Source: an uncultured virus (IMG/VR IMGVR_UViG_3300005965_000003) | Lineage: Duplodnaviria > Heunggongvirae > Uroviricota > Caudoviricetes | Virus record (IMG/VR): IMGVR_UViG_3300005965_000003 | Length of the DNA stretch: 64,000 nucleotides | Reading direction: 5' to 3' (one strand) | In this document: piece after piece, positions 30,178 through 38,861 of the stretch | Layout: the number at the start of each line of letters is the position of its first letter | How positions within the stretch are numbered: position 1 is the stretch's first letter | The notes under the pieces: generated by a model | The model's input: the letters and a program-made list of their open reading frames with translations, nothing else | The model's database searches: none | Told to the model about the DNA's origin: nothing | Translations under genes and position numbers: made by a program

Positions 30178-30966
30178 ATGATAGTAAGTCAGTATCAAAG
30201 GGCTATAAAGAAGCAGAAAGAGGCAGAAAATGCCATAAATGAAGACATGTACGCCAGTGCCTATTATTCCTCATATGATGCTATAATGCATTGCCTGAAT
30301 CATATACTCATCGCTAATGGCAAAAAAATCTCTGAAAATAAAGATTCAATACTGGAAAACAACGAACAAACCTGGAAAAATATATTAAATACCGGAGTAT
30401 TTCCCCAGGCCTACGAGAAAGTAGCTAAAGAATATTATTGCTACCAAAATGACGTAAACCGCATAGGAGGATGCTGGGCAGATACCTTTTATGAAGAAAA
30501 AAATACTATAATAGAACTAGTTAATATATCCCGTAAATGCATAGAAGAAAATAAAGATACAAAGAAAAGAACACACGGATCAGTAAAAGTGATCCAGAGA
30601 ACCTCAGTTTTTCCTATAGAAGAAATTCTGGATATTATACTCTCTGATATTGAGTCTTTAGTAATCGATGGCAATCTAGTAAACCTTAATAAAGACCAAC
30701 ATAGCAAAGATAGATATAGATGTTTTAAAGAAAACGGAACCGTATGTAAAAAATGTGGGAAAAAAGCTCAATACTTCGCGCTGGAATTAGTGGAAAGTAA
30801 GTCCTACAATGGATGGACCCTGGGCCTCTATGGTACACATAATGATGAAGAAATCTATTTTACTAAAGACCATATAATAGCAAAGAGCCTGGGAGGACCA
30901 GACTCTTTGGAAAACTATCAAACTTTTTGCTGGAAATGTAACAGCCTCAAAGGGAATCGTCACTAA
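30178..30966 (+). CDS. HEPN-like N-terminus fused to HNH endonuclease
   Basis: YASAYYSSYDAIMHCL; CKKCG..TKDHIIAKSLGGPDSLENYQTFCWKCNSLKG. Confidence 0.75.
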   Translation: MIVSQYQRAIKKQKEAENAINEDMYASAYYSSYDAIMHCLNHILIANGKKISENKDSILENNEQTWKNILNTGVFPQAYEKVAKEYYCYQNDVNRIGGCWADTFYEEKNTIIELVNISRKCIEENKDTKKRTHGSVKVIQRTSVFPIEEILDIILSDIESLVIDGNLVNLNKDQHSKDRYRCFKENGTVCKKCGKKAQYFALELVESKSYNGWTLGLYGTHNDEEIYFTKDHIIAKSLGGPDSLENYQTFCWKCNSLKGNRH

Positions 30967-32008
30967 GAATCTGCGCAAACTTCCTTAAATAATACGATAC
31001 ACTAGCCTTCTTAGTAATTGCTGATGGTAACTTACCTATTACGTAAGGACCATGAGATGTCTCCCCAGAATTTACCTGATAACCATGCTTCTTAAGATAT
31101 TCCATCCTAAGATCATTAATCTTCTTTACCGCTTCCTCACCCTTTTTTGATTGCTTGTTCTGAGACGTCTTTGCTAATTGTTCGTAATCCTCAAAACTCA
31201 TATGGGGAGCTATAACCTTATGACTCACCGCCCGATACCTGTCAGCACAACAACTCGCTATAAATATTAAAGGCACCTTCTTTTCCACCGCCTTCTTTAA
31301 AGTACCATCCGTAATACCACCACAAGCATGCTTCATGTATATAGCATCCGGTATCTCACCCGTTTTATCTTTTCCTAAATCATTCCAATCATTTAACTTC
31401 TCTTCCCAACCAGGACCTAACTCCTTTATAGTACCATCATCCAAATTCTCACTATTAAAAAAACTCCATTGATAGTTCTTCGCACGGTTAAGACCTAATT
31501 GCTTATTCTTTTGATCAGCTAATGAAACCGATTTCTCCTGAAACTCTAATCCCGTCCAATCTAAATCTGGAGATACTGCCTGCTCATGACCTAAACCCGA
31601 TCCAGGAGATAATACCTTGCTGCTAGGCTTTAATCCCCCCTTCTCCTTTAATATCTTAGTAAACTCAGAATGACCACGTACAGCCTTCTCCGCCTGCCTG
31701 CGTGCCTCCTCATCAACTGTACGTGAAAAATTTATCTTCCTGCCCCTTTTTTCCTCCTGTTCCTTACGAGATCTTATTATGTCATTCTTATAAAGAGGTA
31801 TCAATTTCTCTAAATACCTCTCGGGATCCTTAGCATCCTCAGGTGTAAATGCTCCCTCAGGTATAGTATCACTCCGCGTAGGATTCGTAGATATCGTACG
31901 AGAATGCTCATTCGAAGCCGTTACCTCATCATAATCTACCGTAACTCTCACCTCAAAAGGTGACCAACAACTATCATAACTGGAATACCCTTCTAAATCA
32001 GGCATCAT
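30947..32008 (-). CDS. class I SAM-dependent methyltransferase-like protein
   Basis: VLSPGSGLGH, GLE, KHACGGITD, ASCC. Confidence 0.65.
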   Translation of the reverse strand: MMPDLEGYSSYDSCWSPFEVRVTVDYDEVTASNEHSRTISTNPTRSDTIPEGAFTPEDAKDPERYLEKLIPLYKNDIIRSRKEQEEKRGRKINFSRTVDEEARRQAEKAVRGHSEFTKILKEKGGLKPSSKVLSPGSGLGHEQAVSPDLDWTGLEFQEKSVSLADQKNKQLGLNRAKNYQWSFFNSENLDDGTIKELGPGWEEKLNDWNDLGKDKTGEIPDAIYMKHACGGITDGTLKKAVEKKVPLIFIASCCADRYRAVSHKVIAPHMSFEDYEQLAKTSQNKQSKKGEEAVKKINDLRMEYLKKHGYQVNSGETSHGPYVIGKLPSAITKKASVSYYLRKFAQILSDDSL

Positions 32009-32171
32009 TACCCCTTTATTTTATACCAGCCTCCTTATAAAGATATAAACATAACTTGTATTAGAACATTATTAAATTGCTTTTTACCCCTCCTTACAAA
32101 TATTAACCCGGCATAAAAACCTATAATCTTTTAATAAATACTTTATAGTTTAATTAAATCAGGAGCCCACC

Positions 32172-33263
32172 TTGAATGTACATAAAGTCGTATTATCATA
32201 CTTTAAAAGCATAGAAGCTAGAAGTATACCAGCCCTGGAAGACCAGGTAAATATTGCCGCTGATATATTCTCTGAGGCTATGGATAAAGTACCTAACAAG
32301 TTCAAGGAAGATGGGCACGACTTTAAAGAATCCCTAAAAAAATACTTCGATGATGAAGGACTCTATAACTACTTCTATAACACCCTCGAAGAACTGTTCT
32401 ATGATAACCCTAAAAAAGACAAACTATCAATAGACCTACATATAAGCTATGAAAAAAACTACGAAGGCATCAGAGCTGAACAAAAATTAGGCAACACCGT
32501 AGAAATAGTGTTCGGACAAAAATTTTTAGCCGAAATGATAGAAGGATGGTACTACAAAGATGAAAAAAAGAAATTTATCGATGAAATAAAAACAGAAATA
32601 GGACACGAAACCATACACATACAACAACCCGGACTACTCAAAGAAAATGAACGTAAAATCCCCAGAATAGAAGATGAAGTAAATAAACAGCTAGAACCTT
32701 ATAAACCCAAACTTAAAGAATTCACAAAAAATCTAGGCCCCAAAATAAAAGAATATATAAATACAGAAGGTAGAAAAAAATTTCTGGATGGATTTCAGAA
32801 GTATTATACGAAACTTTTAAATGATTCCAAAATAAGAGAAGGAATTGTACCCCCATACCTCAAAGAACTATACCACGGAATCATTAAAACCCTACCACAA
32901 GAACTAGTAATACCTGCCCTAAAACAAAACGCCTATCTAATAGACGATAAAGTAATATCCAAATATAAAGGATACTCTCCCGATAAAGAATGGTACTCCT
33001 ATATCTCTGACCCCAGAGAAATTATGGCTTATGCATACTCTCTCGTATCCAAAGCCCATAAAAAAGGAATGCCTAAAGAAGAACTTATGAAAGCCCTCTC
33101 TAAACCAGATGACTATAAAAAAGAACTGTACCCCCTGGACTTCTACCAGGAATTTAAAAAGTTCGAAGGTGATAAAAATCTATCCGCTCAAGATAAAAAA
33201 AAGATTTGGCAAAAATTCCTAAAACATGTAAGTGGATATATAAACCAAATCTATCCTGAATAA
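32172..33263 (+). CDS. zincin-like metalloprotease, probably late/virion
   Basis: IGHETIHIQQ and Y..DPREIMAYA; late-type motif upstream. Confidence 0.7.
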   Translation: MNVHKVVLSYFKSIEARSIPALEDQVNIAADIFSEAMDKVPNKFKEDGHDFKESLKKYFDDEGLYNYFYNTLEELFYDNPKKDKLSIDLHISYEKNYEGIRAEQKLGNTVEIVFGQKFLAEMIEGWYYKDEKKKFIDEIKTEIGHETIHIQQPGLLKENERKIPRIEDEVNKQLEPYKPKLKEFTKNLGPKIKEYINTEGRKKFLDGFQKYYTKLLNDSKIREGIVPPYLKELYHGIIKTLPQELVIPALKQNAYLIDDKVISKYKGYSPDKEWYSYISDPREIMAYAYSLVSKAHKKGMPKEELMKALSKPDDYKKELYPLDFYQEFKKFEGDKNLSAQDKKKIWQKFLKHVSGYINQIYPE

Positions 33264-33665
33264 CCATCCCGATAAGTATTACATCTCCATAATACCCCCC
33301 TTTAAGGGCTTAATACCTCCCCCCTTTTTTCACCATATCTCCGTATCTCTATATCTATTAAGATGTTAGGTTTGGGAAGGTCTGAGTAGGGTTTAGGTAC
33401 TTGCTGGTTACTTGCTGGGATGCCTGTAGGGTCGGTAAGGTAAGGTAGGGTTTAGGTAGGGTTGGGGGAGTTTAGGTAGCTGTCTGATCAGTTTCTTTCC
33501 CAAAGAACCTGGGCAGAAGGTGGGGGGGTGTTAGGTAGCTGCAGAAACATCGAATTTTACTGGGGCTTCGAAAATTGAAATCGCAAAATACCGAAAATTT
33601 GTGTGTACCTCAAGCGGGCCTGCGGGCCTCTGAGGCCTTTTTCCTATATTATAGTGTCTTTACAA

Positions 33666-33935
33666 ATTCCTGAAAAATGGAAAAAAAATTTCAGCTGAAA
33701 ATATTTGATTCTTGCCTATATGTATTAGTTAGGTGAGATAGATATTTCCACTATATTTTATTCCTGAAAAATGGAAAAAAAGATTTTAGTTGAAAATATC
33801 CGATTCTTGCCTATATGTATTAGTTAGGTGAGATAGATAGGTGAGATAGATATTTCCACTATATTTTATTCCTGAAAAATGGAAAAAAAGATTTTAGTTG
33901 AAAATATCCGATTCTTGCCTATATGTATTAGTTAG
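33666..33935 (+). repeat. three tandem AT-rich ~94-108-bp repeats, third partial
   Basis: Units start ATTCCTGAAAAATGGAAAA at 33666, 33760, 33868; share GATTCTTGCCTATATGTATTAGTTAG. Confidence 0.95.
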
Positions 33936-34055
33936 ATAGCAAAAGGCTCTGCGTGACCGGCAGAGCCTTTCTTAGTTGAGAGCAGCCGAGGGTGGCCGAA
34001 GGGATCGGCGGGCTGCCAGTAATGGAGACAACTTAACACAGAGAGGAGGCGCACC

Positions 34056-34331
34056 ATGAGCGCAACAAAAATTCTCCGAACAATCGCAGCCGACCCCCGC
34101 CACCTCACCCTCGATGATTTCGCGGGGTTTATCCCCGCAGATGCGGTCGTGTACAGCTTGCCTACGGGCAAGCTGTTTAAATGGGTCAGCCGGACAAAGT
34201 CCGGCTGGGGCTGGCTCCCACACGGGGAGCGGGCGGACTACGCCCGCGTATCCGTAGATGAGGAGGGGGTTGACCCCTCCTCAATCTGTTGCACCCGCGC
34301 AATGGGGCCATTGTCCCCATTGCGACGCTAA
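34056..34331 (+). CDS. hypothetical protein, first gene of the GC-rich array
   Basis: AGGAGG RBS. Confidence 0.7.
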   Translation: MSATKILRTIAADPRHLTLDDFAGFIPADAVVYSLPTGKLFKWVSRTKSGWGWLPHGERADYARVSVDEEGVDPSSICCTRAMGPLSPLRR

Positions 34332-34363
34332 GAGGGGACCCTCCGCCTAGGAGGGTCTCTCTT

Positions 34364-34478
34364 GACTCCGAACAGCACCGGAGTCTAAACATAGTGCTGG
34401 CAGCCATGCCCTAACGGGCATGACCGTCGCGGGCTGTACGATGCCCGCCATTGCCCCACGTACGGGGAAAAAAGATAA
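34364..34478 (+). ncRNA. structured element family 1 (H-type pseudoknot + hairpins); copies at 36178-36290 and, pseudoknot only, 38151-38184
   Basis: Compensatory changes between copies; conserved CTAAACATA linker. Confidence 0.7.
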
Positions 34479-34533
34479 TATCCAAAACCGCCCCCGCCTA
34501 AACGGGCGGGGGCAAAACAGAAAGGAGTATACC

Positions 34534-35433
34534 ATGCGTATACTCATCTCAAACAATGCCGACAACCTGACAGCCGCCCTCAGCGGCACAAACTCCGCCA
34601 CGGTCGAAGCCGAATACGGCGAGACCGTGGTGCAGGGGTCAATACTGACCCTTGCCCACCACGGGGACCGGGCGTCCCGCCCGTGCCCCTGTAGTCTGCC
34701 AAACATGGCAGACCTCGGGGTGGAGACCATTGGGGTGTCGCACTTCGATTTGGACACCCTTGGGGGTGTCATGGCAATTCTCGGGCGCAAGCCCGAGGTA
34801 GAGTATGACTGGTTGGGGGACTCATACCCCCACCAATATGACTCGTTTTGGGACACCGCCGCAGCGGTGGACCTCAATGGCGTCCATAAGCTCTCTGAGC
34901 TTATGGCGAATGGTTCCGACATGCTCGACATGTCCACGACCGAAGTTGTGGAAGCCCTCAACGCCTTCTGGGCATGGTCGGAGTCGAACCGACTGTTCCC
35001 CGAGAGGGACGGTTCCGTGACATCGGTCACGGAATTTTTCGAGACCGCCATGGAGGTGGTCGAAAAAATCCTGCAGGGGGACGAAACCCTCCTGCAGGCG
35101 GGGCGGGACTGGGCCACCGCCAAAGCCCAGCTCGACAAGGACAGCCTTGTCGAGAGCATGAACGGAGTCCAGCTTCGTTCTTCGGACAGCTTCGTGAACC
35201 ATCTCTATGGCACGGACACCCGTGCCATAGTCGGGTATTCCACGAAGTTTAAGAGCATCACGGTGTCCGTGCCGGATGCTATTGACGGGTTTTCCTGCGG
35301 GGAATTCCTGCAGGGTATCTTCGGCCCCGAGGCCGGAGGACACGCAGGGATCGGGGGATCCCCCCGGGGTATCGAGTATACGCTCGATGACGCCCGGGAA
35401 GTAGCGGTTAAGCTGGCGGAAACGCTGGCCTAA
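34534..35433 (+). CDS. DHH/MYG1-like phosphoesterase
   Basis: TLAHHG, SHFDLDTLGG, C-terminal AGGHAGIGGSPR; AAGGAG RBS. Confidence 0.6.
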   Translation: MRILISNNADNLTAALSGTNSATVEAEYGETVVQGSILTLAHHGDRASRPCPCSLPNMADLGVETIGVSHFDLDTLGGVMAILGRKPEVEYDWLGDSYPHQYDSFWDTAAAVDLNGVHKLSELMANGSDMLDMSTTEVVEALNAFWAWSESNRLFPERDGSVTSVTEFFETAMEVVEKILQGDETLLQAGRDWATAKAQLDKDSLVESMNGVQLRSSDSFVNHLYGTDTRAIVGYSTKFKSITVSVPDAIDGFSCGEFLQGIFGPEAGGHAGIGGSPRGIEYTLDDAREVAVKLAETLA

Positions 35434-35437
35434 TCTT

Positions 35438-35501
35438 TCCTGAGGGGCACCCGCCTAAACAGGCGGGTGTTAAAGGACAGACCTGGTCCCAAGTCCGGGT
35501 C
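35438..35501 (+). ncRNA. twister ribozyme, circularly permuted (P5-type)
   Basis: CCT-GAGGG-P1(GCACCCGCC/GGCGGGTGT)-TAA-AGG-AC-P4(GACCTGG-TCCCAAGT-CCGGGTC); both pseudoknots can form. Confidence 0.8.
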
Positions 35502-35507
35502 ACCTTT

Positions 35508-35572
35508 TGCTTGGCGGCTGACTACTGCCAGGCATTTTTTATAGATAGCCGGACTGGTCAACCGGCAATAAC
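35508..35572 (+). ncRNA. structured element family 2 (hairpin-T6-hairpin, complementary loops); copy at 35838-35903
   Basis: Covarying 10-bp stems; loop TGAC(T/C)A complementary to loop TGGTCA. Confidence 0.65.
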
Positions 35573-35586
35573 AGAAAAGGGGTTAT

Positions 35587-37151
35587 ATGTTGAGTAAATC
35601 TAATGCTCGCCGCCTGGCGGGCTCCCTGGGCGAGGATAAACTCGCCAACAACCCCGGGCATACCTGCACGGTGTGCGGGGTTGTTCTTTCCGAGGGTGAG
35701 GGAGTTGACTCCCTCACCCTCACGGGTGAGCCTCTGTGCGAGGCTCATCTCTGGGATGCAATTAATTAGCATCCTGCCGTCAGCCCATAACACGGGGGTA
35801 CGCCATCACCCCGGCAACAGAAGGCAATGTTTTCTACTGCCTGACGGCATGACCACCGTCAGGCATTTTTTATAGACTGTCGGCCTGGTCAACCGGCATT
35901 AACCCAATGGAATGGGGGTTATTATGAAAAAAGCCGCGACCGCCGCTGAACGGCGGTCAAAAAAGCGGGCCGCAGAAGCTCGCCGTAAAGCAATCTGGCG
36001 TGGGGTTTGCCTTACCCACAAGGCGGGCCGCGAGCTCGCCTTCTTCGGTATTATTACCGCTCTCGGGCTGAAGCTGCCCGAAATTGGTGCCAGCGCCTGG
36101 CACCACCTGACCGCCTTTGCGGTCAGCACTTGGATGCAGGTGCTGACCGTTTTTGGTCTCGCCTAAACGGCGGGACCGCCCCGAACGGTACCGGGGCCTA
36201 AACATAGTACCGGCAGTCATGGTTTATAGCCATGGCCGTCGCGGGCTGTACGATGCCCGTCTATGCCCCACGTACGGGGAAAACAGATAACACACTCTAA
36301 ACAGAGAGGACCACCCATGAACCAGCTAATTTTGGACGCCCTTAAACAATCACTCGCCCACAAAGAGGCGAATGACTGTGACTGTGAGAGTCTATACGGT
36401 GAGACCCAACTACAACTCCGAGAAGGGGTTGTTTATGCTGTTGTTAAGACGCACAGCATAAACCCGATGACTGACGAGCTCCCCGAGCCCGCCGAAGGTG
36501 TTAAGCGGTTCAGGGAGTACATTAACTCGGGCCACGCATTCTATTATGATTGCGTGCCACTCGCTTCATAAACCGGATGCCCATAACACGGGGGCATTAT
36601 AATACCGTGTCCACGAATAGGGACGAAACAAAACGGGTTCGTGCTGATGTGTCCCGCCCGATAGATAACATCCTAAACAGAGGAGCCTAAACATGGTTAC
36701 CAAAACACTTCCCGGTACCCTGGTTCTCAACATCCTTGAATCGGAATTCGTGGTCACGCACCACGACATCCCGCAGTTCGCGGGGGCCACTCACAACAAG
36801 TGCTTCGAGTGGCTCTTGAAGAATCAGTCGTGCTCGGTCAAAGAAGCGACCGAACATCAGGGATGGGCAATCAAGACCCGTGACGAGATCGTTGAGGATC
36901 CCGACCCCGAAACGATAGTCCGGATCGGGCGGTATGGGAAGTTCGGCTCCCGGAAAGCCATCCGGGAATTGTGTCGGGTTTCCGATACCATGCAGAAGCA
37001 GGAACGGGTGTCCGGCTTCATTGCCGGGCACAAGGTAGAGGGCTACTTCACACGGTCGGAAATTACCGACCTGTGCAAGCAGGATCCTCCCTACGAGCCT
37101 TCTCCTGAAGAGAAGGCTGCGTTCAAGGATTGGGTTGATAACCATTCATAA
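35587..37151 (+). other. four small hypothetical genes (35587, 35912, 36317, 36693), each separated by a structured spacer
   Basis: RBS-bearing + ORFs; CxxC/CxxH in 35587. Confidence 0.65.
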
Positions 37152-37231
37152 TGGTGCTGTGGATCCCCCTTCGGGGGGACCGGGGGCATGTCTAATCAAT
37201 AAGCACGGAAGGCCCCGAAAAAGATTAGACA
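37150..37231 (+). ncRNA. structured element family 3 (three interlaced helices); copies at 38964-39050 and 41520-41597
   Basis: GGT(G/A)CTGTGG start; all three pairings covary across copies. Confidence 0.7.
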
Positions 37232-37352
37232 CTACAGATGAAAGGACTGAACATGATTCAGGAAATAATCATTCTTGCTGTAACCTTCGGGCTCCCCTGC
37301 TGTGTGGGAGCTCTTTTGTTATGGCCCGAAGATAAACCTACAAAAGAAAGGG

Positions 37353-38126
37353 ATGGCCATGAGCCTACACATCGATAACCTGGTCCTTGAAGTGACCAGA
37401 AAATGCAACATGAAGTGCCAGCACTGCCTACGGGGCAGTGCTCAGCGGATGGATATGCCCAGGCACGTCATGTTCCGGACGCTCCGGGATGTGAGTTCTA
37501 TTCACTGCCTCACCCTCACGGGGGGTGAGCCGAGCATGGTCCCGGATGTGTTGGAAAATCTTCGTTCTGAACTCATCTGTAACCGCGTGGATATCAATTA
37601 CTTCTACGTGGTGACAAATGCCCACAGCACAAGGAACCGTAGCCGGTTCATTGAGTTCCTGGACTGGCTTAATGACTACACTGACGAACCAGAGATGAAT
37701 GCACTCGTCGTGTCTCAAGATCAGTTCCACAAAGCTGAACACGAGCCTAAGTGGAACGGTTTTGTGGACGAATGGGGTGAGCCTCTGCCCTACTTCCACC
37801 GGGAAGAGCGTCAACAGTACATCACATACGTCCTGAACGAAGGACGTGCTGTTGAACTGGGTACCGCAACCGCTGACCGCAAGGAACAGCGGGGGTGGGA
37901 ACTCACCCAGTGGGAGGAGTACGGCGAGATTCAGGTCATGGAGAATGAAGTATACGTTTCTGCCAATGGTAACGTCACAGGCTGTTGTGACATGGCTTTC
38001 AAGCGTATAGACGCTGAAGCCTATGGCAATGTTCTTCATGAAGATCTCGAAACCATTATCCTTCGGCACGGTGAGTGGTCGAAGGAATCAATACAGAACC
38101 AACAGACAGAGGAGGTCGCCGCTTAA
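37353..38126 (+). CDS. radical SAM protein with SPASM/twitch-like C-terminus
   Basis: EVTRKCNMKCQHC, LTGGEP, VVTN, YVSANGNVTGCC..YGNV. Confidence 0.9.
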   Translation: MAMSLHIDNLVLEVTRKCNMKCQHCLRGSAQRMDMPRHVMFRTLRDVSSIHCLTLTGGEPSMVPDVLENLRSELICNRVDINYFYVVTNAHSTRNRSRFIEFLDWLNDYTDEPEMNALVVSQDQFHKAEHEPKWNGFVDEWGEPLPYFHREERQQYITYVLNEGRAVELGTATADRKEQRGWELTQWEEYGEIQVMENEVYVSANGNVTGCCDMAFKRIDAEAYGNVLHEDLETIILRHGEWSKESIQNQQTEEVAA

Positions 38127-38228
38127 AGAAACAGAATGGGGTTTGGTTGTCGTCCTTCCCCGAGCGGACGCTAAACATATCGGGTGTACTCAACAACAAT
38201 CCCTTACTTATTCGAAAGGAGCCATACC

Positions 38229-38861
38229 GTGGCTAACACTATCGCTATTCAGACCAACGCCGACCGCCAGTCTAATATCCGGGAAATATTCAACGGGTTT
38301 CGCTTCAACAACGATGTGACCGAGCGGATTGAGCTGTTGAATGACCCTCGGTCCTTCTCTCTTCATGACCTGAATTTTTACCGGGGGCTGTACCAGCAGT
38401 TCAAGGAGAAGCCCAACAAGCGCTTCCCCAAGGGTGTCCTCGGTGAGATCGAGGAGCTCCAGGCCGAGCGCGACGATCTTAAGGAGCGGGGTCGGTCGAT
38501 GGACTACAAGAAAGTCCTGAGGCTGGAACAGCTCAAAGGTAACCTGCTCCGGCTCGAAAAGATGCTTACGGTGTTGGAGACCGCTATCGCTGAGCGTAAG
38601 CTCGCGATAACGGAAAAGAAGCTGGAGGAGGCTAAGGCTCAGAAGCCTGCGGCTCCCATCGGGAAGTGGGAGCGGGATGTGGTGATCAACAAGGCCGAAG
38701 CGGCCTCCCGCCTCGGGGGAGGGGACATCCTGAAGCGCAAGCTGAAGCACGCTAAGGACCACGGCAAGACCGTGATCCAGATGCTCAGCAATATCCAGCG
38801 CCTCTCCTTCGAGCCCTGCGGGGCAACCATCCGCTACATTCTTGAGAAGCGGGTGGGCTAA
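38229..38861 (+). CDS. coiled-coil hypothetical protein (GTG start)
   Basis: AAGGAG RBS; strong codon bias. Confidence 0.7.
   Translation: MANTIAIQTNADRQSNIREIFNGFRFNNDVTERIELLNDPRSFSLHDLNFYRGLYQQFKEKPNKRFPKGVLGEIEELQAERDDLKERGRSMDYKKVLRLEQLKGNLLRLEKMLTVLETAIAERKLAITEKKLEEAKAQKPAAPIGKWERDVVINKAEAASRLGGGDILKRKLKHAKDHGKTVIQMLSNIQRLSFEPCGATIRYILEKRVG

Noticed and set aside
33362..33480. True eukaryotic telomere repeat
   Set aside because: TTTAGG/TAGGG units are irregular, short and internal, in a prokaryotic-virus context.
33666..33935. CRISPR array
   Set aside because: Units are ~100-bp tandem copies with no unique spacers.
34400..34470. HDV-like ribozyme
   Set aside because: No P3/L3 or P1.1 arrangement could be built.
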